From Octopus vulgaris (lineage: Eukaryota), in contig OX597815.1 of the NCBI GenBank assembly GCA_951406725.2, positions 196,602,001 through 196,666,000 on the forward strand: a stretch of DNA of 64,000 nucleotides. The letters run 5' to 3'. Both the position numbers and the translations under genes were made by a program. Of the stretch, positions 1-13,728 are shown piece by piece; within the stretch, counting starts at the first letter, position 1; each line of letters begins with the position of its first letter. Below the pieces are notes generated by a model. That model saw only the letters and a list, made by a program, of their open reading frames with translations. It did no database searches and had not been told where the DNA came from.

Positions 1-194
1 TGTCAGTCACTAGATTGTCTTCATGCTGGGGCAACGTTTTGAAGAATTTTAGTCGAACGAACCGGGTACTTATGTTTTTAAGCCTGACATCTATCCTTTC
101 ATCCAATTTGCAGAGACCCTAACTTATGGGAACACACGAAACAGTGGTGAGGTCAAACACAGGCAAATGTGTGTATGTGAATGTGTGTTTGTGA

Positions 195-239
<45 letters not shown>

Positions 240-385
240 CGACAAGCTTTTTTTCAGTTTTCGTCTACCAAATTCATTCACAACCACAAGATTTTGATCT
301 GCCAGAGACTGCCAGTGGAACGATGTTGGAAACATGTGGTAGGTAAGCCAATTTCTTACCACATAACTGAACCCGCACCAATACC
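1..385 (-). mobile_element. SINE family A, diverged copy cut by the window edge
   Basis: Degenerate match to family A blocks (catgctgg..., atacgac-agctt-tttcagttttcgtctaccaaat, catgtgg...cttaccaca) with an internal (TG)n. Confidence 0.7.
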
Positions 386-689
386 AAAGGCTATTAAATT
401 TCTTACTGCAGAGCCACACGTGGGCTATTAATTTCTTTTGTTTGGTGAAAGCTGTGTTAGGTTTTAACTCAATAGATATCTGGAAATTTGAGTTCATAGA
501 TTGATCAATAGAGGTAGCAGTTAGAAGGAAAAATTCATATTTTCTAAGTTCACTACTCGAGTGAATTTGAACCGGTTCTCCCAATTGTATTATTCTTTAT
601 TAATTTATAGTAAAACCTAAATTTTAGTTGCTGGCTGATTCTATACGATACGCTTAATCACTTTAATCCATTATATCCACTTCGTATTT

Positions 690-890
690 TGATGTAGAAT
701 ACTGCTTCTCTATAGTAAATTATATTAAAACGAGGGATTAATTCATGTTGATAGTATCTTTCTTTCGTTTGAGGAAATATATGAATGTTAGCACTATTAG
801 AGAAATTTAATCTCTCAATATTATTTGATAGAAATCTCAATAACTTTACAAAGTTTAGGTTTCCAAGAATTTCATTTTTCAGTATTCTTT
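690..890. repeat. About 200-bp direct repeat, copy 1 (copy 2 at 2116-2314)
   Basis: tgatgtagaatact...tttaggtttccaa aligns with 2116-2314 with scattered substitutions; both give near-identical minus-strand peptides. Confidence 0.9.
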
Positions 891-1864
891 ACGACTTACA
901 AAAGTTCGCGTTATTACCTACATATATTTGTATATGAAGAGACCCATCCTTTAAGATTTAGATGTAACTTATTGCTTCGTGTATTTAAGCAATATTTTCT
1001 TGAAGATTCACGAAGGTTATCAACAGCGGAAAATAAACGTAATATCCATACTTAATGTTGAGAACTGGACACTAAATATATTAGAACACATATAGTTATA
1101 CAGAAACTATATTAAACATGAAATATTATATAGTAGGAAAGAGTATTAAATGCACTTATTTTCCCTGCAATTAAAGACTCGCTTTCCCAGTTACGCAATT
1201 AATATGATCGAATTCAATGCGCTTTATAAAACGCATACGGTTAGTGTGTTTACAACATCCCAAACAAGCTGTATCTGTACTAATTGAACTTTGACGATTA
1301 TAATGCAGTTAACACCGAAGCAGGTTTCCAGTGATGTTTTTGTTTAATTTTCTGCATAATATTATTTTTTAGCCAATGATTAATGTATGCACTGAAATCA
1401 CTCATTACGCATCAATTAGACGGCCTGATGCTTTCTGAATCAAGAATCAATAACTACGAAAGCAAATTGATGCACATGCGGAACACACATCACAATACAT
1501 TGTAGACATATAATCGAATCACTAAACTGATGTGAAATATAATGGCAAAGAAGAATTCGCATTAAATAGTAATTAATGTAGTTATTTCTTTATTTTCACT
1601 TTTTTTTTTAATCTTTCGTTTTTCTCTTTTGTTTTCTCTTCAAATTTCAATATTTCAATTCACTACTACAAAACTACTTATCTAAAACTATGATTAACAA
1701 AAGTAGTTTTGCGACTTAAGTGGCAACATTTAAAATTATTCACTAGAAAACTGCCGAATCTCGTATTAAGTTAAACAGAAAATAAAGCAAAAAAAAAAAA
1801 AAATTAATGCAGAAATAAAAGAAATTGTAGATTGCTTAAAATATAATGAGACATTAAAAGCATT

Positions 1865-2388
1865 TTTAAAGTGTACGAAGTGTGTGTCTGTTCAAGCAAA
1901 TACAAACATGCAACTGTAGGCTGATATTAAACAAAATTTTAATACACACTAATTCTTACATATCAATGGGATTAATCATATCAACTAGATTCTTTCTCCC
2001 TAAATAAGGTCATTTTTCGCCGCAGTTAATAATTGATAGAGTTACAGTGGTATTTTTGTAAAGAAGCAGTGAGTGAACTGATATAGTGGATAGTGGGACT
2101 CCAGTACATATTCCATGATGTAGAATACTCCTTCTCTATAGTAAATTATATTAAAATGAGGAATTAATTCATGTTGATAGTATCTTTCTTTCGTTTGAGA
2201 AAATATATGAATGTTAGCATTATGAGAGAAATTTAATCTCTCAATAGTATTTGATAGAAATCTCAATAACTTTACAAAGTTTAGGTTTCCAAAAATTTCG
2301 TTTCCAGTATCCTTATAAACTAAGTGTTTATCGATGAATGACATATTCAAGAAATTATTCCAAGTTGCATTTAATGGAAACACTATAT
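1865..2388 (-). pseudogene. Possible decayed exon with concanavalin-A/LamG-like motifs
   Basis: Minus-strand acceptor ttaattttcAG at 2389-2390 opens a frame IVFPLNATW...LYQFTHCFFT; after stops or shifts, PTVACLYLLEQ at about 1890-1920. These resemble the WPLN, WxHVxxT and IACLQI motifs of invertebrate LamG-like proteins. Motif resemblance only. Confidence 0.3.
2116..2314. repeat. About 200-bp direct repeat, copy 2
   Basis: See 690-890. Confidence 0.9.
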
Positions 2389-2589
2389 CTGAAAATTAAG
2401 ACTATTACAAAATTCAGAAACTTTTCATAAAATTTAAATCTTATCTTCGAATTGTATCAAAGATATGCTTTAGAAACTGATATTTTCCCTAAGCGAAGTA
2501 ACCTCCTCTCCAATTTCTTTAAGCAGAACTTTGAAAACAATAACATATTTGTTACGAATTTTTGCACACGTGTAGCACATTCGAGGAGT

Positions 2590-2769
2590 GAAAAAGCTGA
2601 TTACATCGACTTCAGGGCTCAACTGGTATTTATTTTATCAACCACGAAGGATAAAATGTAAAGTCTATTTTGGAGGAATATGAATTCAGAACGTAGTTTA
2701 AACTGAGAGAGACGAAATGCCGCTAAATATTTTGGCTGTAGTGTTAACGATTCTAACAGGTGGCCGCCT
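2590..2769 (-). mobile_element. SINE family B, old diverged copy
   Basis: gattacatcgac...aactggtatttatttt...gaattcagaacgta...gacgaaatgccgct...gccgcc matches the reverse complement of family B. Confidence 0.7.
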
Positions 2770-2970
2770 GTTTAACAGATAACATATTAACTTTATTTAT
2801 CACATTTTGTATATAAGATTAATGTATGTGGGGAGAATATTATACTATTTCAGTGTACGTTTCATATAAAATCTCTGCAACATTACTGGCATTGTAGACA
2901 CATATGTATACAATACATGCGCAAATGTATGTGTCTGTACTAAGACGTATATAAATATGTGTATGTGTAT

Positions 2971-3007
<37 letters not shown>

Positions 3008-3305
3008 AATGGTTTGTTGCCAAATTAATGTGGTAATCCCAGGAAAGAGAAGCATGCTACTGATATTTAGCCCCAAGAAACACCGTTTCTAGTTGGCTAC
3101 GTAACACTAGCGTTCCGTGTCTTTATGACTTCAAACGGGAGAGGGAGATAAGCGCCTCCACTCAACCACGCCAGCGTTCAGAGACGAGTTTTAGGGTAGT
3201 TGCTCTTTATCAGTATCAGTTAGGAGTAGCTGGGCTCTGCTAGTTCTCGGTGCTAAGTCGCTGTTGAAAACTTATAGAATTGCAAGTGAAATAATTTCCT
3301 GATCT

Positions 3306-3308
<3 letters not shown>

Positions 3309-3384
<76 letters not shown>

Positions 3385-3393
3385 GTGTGTGTA

Positions 3394-3428
<35 letters not shown>

Positions 3429-3447
3429 ATATATATATATATATATA
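3309..3447. repeat. Compound (TA)n/(TCTA)n microsatellite
   Basis: Direct reading. It stands for dozens of similar TA, CA, TAGA and TACA tracts in the window. Confidence 0.95.
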
Positions 3448-5067
3448 ATAACTATTACGGAATATTACTTCCAATTACACACGGAAAAGACATTCAAATT
3501 AGATGTACTAAAATGAACAACTTTCAATGTTTAATTCGTATATATATAAAATAAGTTTAGAGACAGAACCGCCTTCAACTCAATCAACACTGAAAGGTTT
3601 TATACCCAACCACTCCATAAAATGATAAATATTAAATCTTATACTAACTATATCTATTCTGAATCCTTTTTTCCATTTATAAGACTACATGTGTTTCATG
3701 AAAAATGCGTCGGTATTGATTAGATACGAGGTATCTAGTTTCAATACTTACTCGGTTCGACATACACCCAATCTTCAGGTCTGGATTCCTCAAACTTTTT
3801 CACTACCCCTATCTCGTATATCCTTCCATGATACTCTATATCTTCAATATAACCTTACTTAACATGTACACATGAATAGAAATACAAATAATAGATAAAA
3901 ATAATAACTGAATATTAAAAAGTTAAGGTGTAAAAGTTTAAGGAATAAAAAGTAAAATAAATGTTTTTTTCCTTAAATGTTTATTCCTTGAGTTTTTATT
4001 CCTTAAATTTTTATTTTATTTACGTACAGGTACGTAACTCTTTTCTATTTACATACAGGTAAATTATATTTTATTTACATAGAGGTTCAAAAAATATATA
4101 TGCTCCTTAGAAATATGCAGTGAGAAATACATTAACCAGAATAAAACAATAAAGCACAACAACATACTATTGTTACTCTCTTGTAAACATGAGGTCATTG
4201 CAGAAACCTGAAGTTTATTCCTCGGCCTTGAAAAGAAAATATTCAAGAATTCTAGCAAGGATGAGCGGGAAGTTGTCTATAATTTACTTTGAAATATCAA
4301 TGCAATAAAAGGAAATTATCTATAGATGTAACATCAGATAAAGAAGCAAGGAAGGAGTAAACAGACCTGAAGAAGTTTCATTGTACGACGCAGTTCTCCT
4401 ATAAACCAAAATTAGAATAGCTGAATGGAGGTAATGAAGAAAACAGATATTAAAGAAAATATCCAGATCCATATAACTTGTCTGAAGTGGGAACAAAAGA
4501 TGCTAAGAGAAATGTATTAAATGCTGTTAGGACATCCTTTAGGAGATCGGACATACAATACATCCCTTAACCAGCGAATCGTACATACAAAAAACACTGA
4601 AGATGGTTTCTTTTTAAAAACAATTGCCTGTATACAGAAATACACGAAATCAATGTTATTTCTGTTATAATTTGAAAATAAGTAGAAATGAAAAAGAAAA
4701 GTGTAAATGCATTATGGTATATAATAAGGGAACAGGTAGATAAATAAATCTATGAAAAAGGGTTGGATATAATCCCCGTAAACAAAATTACCAAAGAAAT
4801 ATCGCATCGGTGGCAAAAGAATATTTTCCATTAATTACAGATTTTATACATATGCCATCAGAATTTTTTAAATAGGTACAATGACAGAGACTTAAGGAAG
4901 AAGTATATATCGATTAAGTAAACTTTAAAAAGAGTTTTATACTTTATTTTATCGATCTCAGAAGGACAAAAGGCTGAGTTAACCTTGCTAAGATTCGCCG
5001 AGGTATTTTATCCGACTCTAACACGCCATCATTTTGAAATAAAAAAAAAGACGTAAGTGGCTAACTA

Positions 5068-5497
5068 GGCGCAGGATTGGCTGTGTGGTAAGTAGCTTGC
5101 TAACCAACCTCATGGCTCCGGGTTCAGTCCCACTGCGTGGCATCTTGGGCAAGTGTCTTCTGCTATAGCCCCGGGCCGACCAATGCCTTGTGAGTGGATT
5201 TGGTAGACGGAAACTGAAAGAAGCCTGTCGTATATATGTATATATATATATGTGTGTGTGTGTATGTGTGTGTGTTTGTGTGTTTGTCCCCCTAGCATTT
5301 CTTGACAACCGATGCTGGTGTGTTTACGTCCCCGTCACTTAGCGGTTCGGCAAAAGAGACCGATAGAATAAGTACTGGGCTTACAAAGAATAAGTCCCGG
5401 GGTCGATTTGCTCGACTAAAGGCGGTGCTCCAGCATGGCCACAGTCAAATGACTGAAACAAGTAAAAGATAAAAAAGATAAAGATAAAAAAAAAAGA
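5068..5497 (+). mobile_element. SINE family A, full length (tRNA-like head, internal microsatellite, A-rich tail)
   Basis: Head ggcgcaggattggctgtgtggtaag (A box) and ggttcagtccc (B box); ttgggcaagtgtctt core; internal (TA)n(TG)n; tail ggcggtgctccagcatggcc...gactgaaacaagtaaaag. About a dozen copies in the window. Confidence 0.9.
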
Positions 5498-5626
5498 TAT
5501 TCCAATTGGACATCTAAATGTGCATTACAGCAAATGCAATTAGATTAGAAGTTCTTCTATACACTAATGAGGTCAATATATTCAGGTCAAGAAATTGAGA
5601 GCTACATAATAATAATAATGTTGAGT

Positions 5627-5847
5627 AAGGCGGCGAGCTGGCAGACACATTAGCACCCCAGACGAAATGCTTACCGGTATTTCGTCTGCCGCTACGTTCT
5701 GAGTTCAAATTCCGCCGAGGTCGACTTTGCCTTTCATTTTTTCGGGGTCGATAAATTAAGTACCAGTTGCGTACTGGGGTAGATGTAATCGACTTAATCC
5801 GTTTGTCTGTCCACAAAATTTCCCGCCTTGTACCTAGAGTAGAAAAG
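5627..5847 (+). mobile_element. SINE family B
   Basis: Head ggcggcgagctggcaga, B box gttcaaattcc, central gcctttcat..cggggtcgataaattaagtaccag; TSD aataataatgttgagt on both sides. Confidence 0.9.
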
Positions 5848-6744
5848 AATAATAATGTTGAGTGAACAATTTTATCAGACTAAAAAGGTGTAGTTATACA
5901 TAAACAGGAGCAGACAGTGGTAATACGTAAAAGCTTTGTGCTTAGATTTAAAGCTTATCTTCTTCCTGACTGTCTTTAACTTAAAATATTTAAATAATTT
6001 ACATGTATTGACACATGTCTACCAATCTAGACTTCTATTTTATTCTGTGATCAGTTGAAGGTAAATGAAGAAGGTCGTTAATAAAGTATCTTTTGTTGAG
6101 AATAGTGAAACTATAATGCCTTCACATATTCTTTGCTATTCTTCAAATACCTCCGTTGCTGTGCGATAAGATAAATTAATATTGTGTGAGTGTGTGTGTA
6201 TCTGTGTGAACGTGTGAGAGTGTATATGTGTGTGTGTGTGTGTCTGTGTCAGATGACTGCTCGGTAAACAGAACTTAAGCACAGTGAGACATTTTAATAA
6301 ACATAAAAAATATATAATAACGAATTATAACTATATGAATCTCGCCTGATAAATTGAAATATTTAGAAAATCCTGCATCGACAGATGCCTTAACATATTA
6401 GATAATACCAATTCTACAGAAATTGCTAAGTAGGTAAAAGTGAAGACGAACAGTTTGTGTAAACGAAGGAACCAATTAAGTGTAGTAGATACAAAAGAGA
6501 TGGCATCATAGCTACGAATCGCAATGCAATGATGAATGCTAGAGAGGAGATTTGAATAAGTTACGATTTTACAATGCACAGAGAGCAGATTAATTTTATG
6601 TTAGATGTCAGTAGTGCCTACTAACATCTAGCATAAGAAGTGCGCTCCCAAAAAGATCCTGGCATTATGCGACGCTAATGAAAGAGTATATTCAGGGATT
6701 AAGGAAATATTCCAAGCTTGTTTAATTAAAGAGAGAGAGTGAAT

Positions 6745-6816
<72 letters not shown>

Positions 6817-8360
6817 TATATATAAACTAAATGTGTTGCATAATGTAAGAACAATAGCGATATTATAGTTTTTAAGTATAAATATCACTGTTTTCTATAA
6901 TAATAATAATAATAATAATGATAATTTTTAAACAGGATAGAAGCAGAATTGTTAAATACCCAGAGAATTCATAATACTAAAAAAATGTGCGAACGGATAT
7001 TTGTATTGTATCAATGGTAAATCACAGCATTACCCGCAAAGCTTTTAAATTAAAACAAACTGGATGCTTTTTGCAACCGGTAGTTTAGTAATGGCTGTGG
7101 TTCACATTGGATCAGTATTAGGAAATTGGGATTTAAAAGTAGAAAACATAATTACCGCTGAACATGCTTTCAGAAAACAAAAAAAGGCAGCAAGAAAGAA
7201 AGACAGCTGCAAGTGAACAACCGGTACACTTTTCATAAATAGAACACAAGATCAGAAACATTATTTTGCCCGATACCCCAGTCTAAGTTCCGATTAGTCG
7301 TCCAAATTAACATTCACCATTTTATGTTTAGGTGAAAATTTCATTTCATGGGCTAACTTTAATCTGTTAATCGTTAGAACTGATTTCTCAGACAGCATAT
7401 TTTCTTCGAACTAACCTTATTCTCGTACTTAGCAGTATCTGGCCCTAATAACCTAAACGTGCATTTATTGTGATTTGTGGGAATGAAACTATCCGATAAA
7501 TAATACGTTTTTTTATACTTCACAAGAGTACTCCACATAAATGGTCATCTCGATAGCCATACTGTACAAAACTGCCAGTTTAATGAGATTTGTTGGTGAT
7601 TTTGTGGAGACTGGTGTATTATACCTATTCTAAAATGTGTTGTAAAATTGGATGAATCGACAGATATTTTGTGGATAAACTGTATCTCTACTTGAGTGGT
7701 TGATTGGTATACCACCAGTGCCTCCTACTTTTTCTTTGGGAACCCACTGTATAGCATGCGTTCACACTGAGTATTTGGTCTAAGAATTGAATATGAGATA
7801 TTGTTTCTAATGAAATTTCTCCCCAACTCATCTTGGGATTTTGTAAACTGCCTGTTTATTGCTCAAGTTCTAAACTAAAGCCAGTAAATAGGTATGTATT
7901 CAATCTGATACAACTGCTTCTGGTATGAGACGCCTACATTTGATATTAGAATATAATTTATGGAGGAGTGATCCACGTGTAAAGGCTACGCTCACCCAGT
8001 TTAGTTCATAAGAAACGATATGGGCACACAACATGATTAAAAATGGAACTTCATACCGAAAAGCTAATCATAAAAATAAAGAAATCAGCAGCTACTGGGT
8101 TGCTTTAATGAAACATTGTGGTTTGCTACTGCCTTCTTCGGCCTTTTATTGTATGTGGATCTTTAATCATGAATCTGCAGGGACTACAAACAAGAGAATC
8201 AGTAATAGGTTACCGATATTGAATGTTTACATTTAATTTAAATTCATTAGCACTGCTTTGAATTATGCCACTCTTACTGTGCTATGTGTTTCTACCTAAT
8301 GCAGCGAGCTTCAATAACCAGGGAAGATAAATGACCTAAGCTACAAAGCTCGACAGCATT

Positions 8361-8557
8361 CTCTTTTACTCTCTTTTACTTGTTTCAGTCATTTGACTGC
8401 GGCCATGCTGGAGCACCGCCTTCAGTCGAGTAAATCGACCCCGGAACTTATTCTTTGTAAGCCCAGTACTTATTCTATCGGGCTCTTTTGCCGAACCGCT
8501 AAGTGACGGGGACGTAAACGCATCAGCATCGGTTGTCAAGCAATGCTAGGGGGACAA

Positions 8558-8590
<33 letters not shown>

Positions 8591-8757
8591 CATATATACG
8601 ACAGGCTTCTTTCAGTTTCCCTCTACCAAATCCACTCACAAGGCATTGGTCGGGCCGAGGCTATAGCAGAAGACACTTGCCCAAGATGCCACGCAGTGGG
8701 ACTGAACCCGGAACCATGTGGTTGGTTAGCAAGCTACTTACCACACAGCCACTCCTG
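8361..8757 (-). mobile_element. SINE family A flanked by a 134-bp direct repeat
   Basis: Near-full family A copy; 8227-8360 is repeated at 8758-8891. Confidence 0.9.
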
Positions 8758-9689
8758 TTACATTTAATTTAAATTCATTAGTACATCTTTGCATTATGCC
8801 ACTCTCACTGTGCTATGTGTTTCTACCTAATGCAGCGAGCTTCAATAACCAGGGAAGATAAATGACCTAAGCTACAAAGCTCGACAGCATTGATAGCAGG
8901 CATTAACCGAAATGCATGTAAATGAGTTTCGCTTACTCGTATTCGTGATCGCACATCACGTTTCACGTCCAAATGCGACAGCAAATAAATATTTTTTTGT
9001 TCTGTTTTACTACACTTTACTAACATTGCTAATCGAATGCTTCGTGTCCGCTCAAACAAATTTTGTTTGCTTAATGCCAATCCACTTACCATATCTTTGA
9101 CAATATAATCTACATGAGTGCAGAGAAGGACAATTCAACTATCAGCACCCGAACGAATTAATGATGTTTAAGCCCCTTTCGTTACAAGCCTGCGTTCATT
9201 TTTTAATTTATTTATGCACATTTTTCTTTCAGGATGAGGTGTTAGTGAAATCTATGGGTTCCAGATTAAATATTTATCAAAAACTTCTCGAAGATTTAGA
9301 GATAAATTTCCTGTAAAGTATTCTCATCTCATAGTATAAAAGATCTATTTAACAATACATTTAACTATCGATTTAACAATATTTAACAATAAATTACTAT
9401 ATAAATCACCAATTAAACAGTAGCTATAGTACATACATGACATATATTTTTAATAAATAACAGTACGTAAGGATGAATATTAAGGGCAGTATGATCGACT
9501 AAACATTTTAACATGATGCTAGTTAACAAGAAACCTAGAGCAAAATATTGTGTGCTGTTATACAACATACGATGGGTAAATTGTTGCCATCTTATATTTT
9601 CAATTTCGCGCATGCGCAATGTTTGTTTTGAATTTGTCGACTACACTATATATTAGGGTCAGTTTGACACCGTCTGTGAGAAAAACAGC

Positions 9690-10620
9690 ACCATGACGTA
9701 ATTCACCTCGCTAGAAATTTGCAAATGATATGCTGTACTGCTTGGCTTTCAGGCCAGAAGATCCAATACGAACATTTCAAAATGTTTGGGTGTCAATCTG
9801 AGGACAGTGCAGAGGATTCGAAATGAGTTGGATGAGACTAATGGTGATTACGAAGGTATAGCTACTCGGAAAACTCATTCCGATGGTTCTGATAAGAAAA
9901 GAACACCTGAATTTGTTGGTGAGATCCAGGACATGACTGACAACAATCCCTCCAAGTCAATCAGGTCCATCGACAGGGACTCAGGAGTGTCTGAGTTTCT
10001 TATCAAGCAGGCGATGCATGAAGACATCCCTCCTACGAGATGAGAAAGGAAAAATGTTTATCTTAAGCCACCAAGGACAGGAGGAAAGACCGCGCTACAA
10101 AGGTTTTGAACAAACTCAAGCTGCACCTCCAAGCGAACATATTTTGGTTTTTCTCAAACGCGAAAAGATTTTGTCAGGATCAGCTGATGAACACACAGAA
10201 CAAACCGTTGGCCTACCGTGTCCCCAAAACATGTACCGATAGTGATAAAAATTAAACATCAGTCAACATCATAGTGATAGCGACGTTATGCTTCCATACA
10301 TCTTCCCACATGGCCTCAGGCTCTACGCAGAAGCCTACATCAAGTGCCTGGAGGTGGTAGTGCTGCTCGGACACAAGAGGGTGGCTGCTGGAAAACCCTA
10401 TAATGGCAACAGGACTCTGAACCAAGCCACAGAAGCTGGAGAACCCAGTCATAGTTGTCAGACAATTTCAGCGACCACAGCACTCTTAGATCTGGTCATC
10501 TTACTCCCAAGACTGCACCGCCACACTCCTTGATTATTATGTGTGGGGTGCAGTTGAGCAAGAGACCAACAAAACTCCTTGTAACATCAAAGATGATCTG
10601 AAGGCAAAGATTATGGCAGC
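9690..10620 (+). mobile_element. Decayed Tc1/mariner-superfamily transposase, DD37D/maT-like
   Basis: Frameshifted peptides: LGVNLRTVQRIR, KRTPEF...NPSKSIRSI (HTH), WFFSNAKRF (FSDEK-like), QDSEP (QDSAP-like), PLDYYVWGAVE...DLKAKIMAA. Confidence 0.8.
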
Positions 10621-11396
10621 ATAATATCCCACCAAACAGATAACAAAATCTTGCGTGTGGGGAGACGGACTTTAGACTGGGGTGCCGGTGTTTCTCTGTT
10701 CCCTACCCACTCTCTCCGGCGCTTGACGCATTTATAGCGAACCAATTTCTCGTCACCAGTCACTATTCTGTCGAAAAAAGTTTCATTAGTGAGACGTGAT
10801 AGCAAAGAAAAGCACACATTCACTCTCTGTGCGCGATTAGATTTGGAAAGTTTGTGAGGAACCAATTGATTCAATTTGCTGACTTTTCCGATGATACGTA
10901 GGTGTCGATAAATGCTTTAATGACCAAATCCGAGCTTCTCTGCTAGTTCTTCAACGGTTACGATGGAATTTTGTTCCCCCAGAGTTTTCAGGACATCCTC
11001 GTCGAGTTCCATTGATCTTCCAGGACGAGTCTCGTCATCTAGGCTGTAGATTCCGACTCGGAATTTCTGGAACCACCGTTGACACTGGCTAAACGCATAT
11101 TATTCGATCCCCACATACTGCATTAATATTCCTCACACTTTCCATTGCGTTGTTGCCTTTATTGAATTCATAAAGCAAAATACGCCGAATATGCGTCTTT
11201 GTCACTTCCATTATAGCTTTGAAAAAATAACTGCTAGAATCGATCTACACTCTTCAAAACTTTGACTAAGAATAAGTACAAGGTAAAATATACTAACTGC
11301 TTCTATAGCAAGTTGCTTCAGGTAATTTATCACGTCGCTCTCCGACTTTTAATTCATGCAATTGAAAAAACCCATGATATATAGGATGACCCAAAA
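10621..11396 (-). mobile_element. Decayed mariner (DD34D) element, 5' half with left end
   Basis: ATG at 11211, MEVTKTHIRRILLYEFNKG, CQRWFQKFR...RPGR, LVPHKL (WVPHEL), RIVTGDEK, KILLSVWWD. TIR-like end next to TA at about 11397. Confidence 0.88.
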
Positions 11397-12013
11397 TATA
11401 TGGCAAAGAAATTAAGGATAAATTTGGATGAGTCTTATAATCGAGATGAAACTTTTGCCATATTCTTCAACGCAAAAATTAGCGTAAAAGCAACCCATGA
11501 GATCACATGCAATGGTTCCCTTACATTATCAAGTGTAAATTAAGATTGACTAAATAGTGTTACATTACCCAAAACGTTATGAAAGCATATTTTACACAGG
11601 TCGTCTGTATCTCAACGTTTTTTTCCTTCAAATATTTCAGTGAATTTGCATAATACTGATACACTGCTACTTTCGATATTTTTAGTGATACTTTTTGCAG
11701 ATAGTGTTTTCGTACAACCAAAATAAAATAATAAACAAACAGTAAACAAATTGTTTATATTTGCATGCATCACAATGCAGCTTCAAAACAGAGAATGCAT
11801 TCAACGACTTTCGTGTTCTTTTAAAAGCATGAAAAAATATTATTTCTATGTTCACATCTAAGAAACTATAACATGCTGAAGCTTTACATTTATCGAAGAA
11901 CCCCGCTGTGACTTGACAGCATACATCTTGTATTGTAGAGATAATATTCCCTGTAATATCCGTGTGCTCTTTGCCTATTAGAATCAATCTCAATTCATCT
12001 ATCCATCTGTCTG

Positions 12014-12156
<143 letters not shown>

Positions 12157-12779
12157 CTTTAGGTGGGATAATATGCGTATGCATGCAGGCCTTTGTGGAT
12201 ATGTACTTATTTGTACTTCAGTCTTTTTTATTTCACTTAATCAGAAGATATATATAAATCGCGGTGCCCCAGCATGGCCACAGCTTGTGAGCTGAAACTA
12301 GATAAAAATAAATTTAAAAATATATATATATATATATATATACGTGTGTGTGTGTATGTATAGTATATATATATATATGCATATAGTTATAAATGCTCGC
12401 ACATTTGTATGCATGCGCAGGTATACTCGTGATCAAAAATTTGAGCGTTCGATCTTAGCCGGGGCGTGGGTTGCATTCTATCAAGTGCTTGTGCGGCTCT
12501 CTCTTACCTTCTCTCTCTCTTTCTTTCTCTCGCTCTCTCTTTCCCTCACTCTCTCTCTCTATCTCTCTCTCTCTCTTTCCATTCGCTCCCCTTCTCTCTT
12601 TCGCTCGCTCTCTTCCCAGCTGTTGCACATTTGATGTTCCGCTGCATCTAAAATGGAAAGGCCAACCATATTGTAACCTGAAGCAATTAGAAAAACGTGG
12701 TTCATGCCATCATGTCATAACTCGGTCGTGATTGACGTACATAGTTTTATATACTGACAAATTAGAAGGTACAGAGAAA

Positions 12780-12813
<34 letters not shown>

Positions 12814-12987
12814 GTGAGTAGGGAGTGGATGCATGCAGTAGATGGAGAGGTATACAAAAAGAAGTATATAATATTACGTCTTGTACAGTGTGTATTTATC
12901 TCTAATATAAGATCTCATTACACGACGTTTTACTGAGGAGCAAAATGTTCGTTTATAGCCAAGGCTAATTTTCATTATATGATTACA

Positions 12988-13554
12988 CTTTTACTCTTTT
13001 ATTGTTTCAGTCATTTAGTCGACCAATTCGACCCCAGAACTTATTCTTTGTAAGCCCAGTACTTATTCTATCAGTCTATTTTGCCGAAACGCTAAGTTAC
13101 GGGGACGTAAACTCACCAGCATTGTCAAGCGATGTTGGGGAAACAAACACAGACATACAAACATATACACTAACACACACACACACACACACATACATAT
13201 ATATATGTAAAGACCCCCTTCGGTCATGAATGACCATGGGATTGCACCTAGAAAGTTACCTTCCTAGATACAAGTCCGGGCAAGGTTGTTTATGGAAGGC
13301 CAGCAGTCGCCCATGCATACCAGCCTCCCCTCTCCACACCACCAGTGTTATCCAAGGGAAAGACAAAGGTCGATACAGCTTGGCACCAGTGATGTCGCAA
13401 CTCATTTCTACAGCTGAGTGAACTGGAGCAACGTGAAATAAAGTGTCTTGCTCAAGAACACAACACGCAGCCCGGTCCGGGATTCGAGCTCACAACCTCA
13501 CGATCGTAAGCTCGACGCTCTAACCACTGAGCCATGCGCATACATATATATATG

Positions 13555-13598
<44 letters not shown>

Positions 13599-13693
13599 CA
13601 TATATATATGTATATTATGTATATATATATGTATATATATGTATATATATATGTATATATATATATGTATATATATATATGTATATATATATG

Positions 13694-13728
<35 letters not shown>

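Noticed and set aside
3720-3790. Minus-strand CTGAAGA...GAAAC resembling an HHR
   Set aside because: No convincing stem I or II and no NUH triplet; at most a very old relic.
4180-4660. Purine-rich stretch resembling an old LINE 3' coding fragment
   Set aside because: Too many stops and no diagnostic motif I could read with confidence.
12455-12745. GC-box (ggggcgtgg) and CRE-like (tgacgt) motifs as a promoter
   Set aside because: Short motifs expected by chance, with no linked gene.
13460-13539. tRNA-Arg-like sequence (also heads at 5068, 43700 and 63222)
   Set aside because: These run straight into SINE bodies and lack a proper acceptor stem and terminator.
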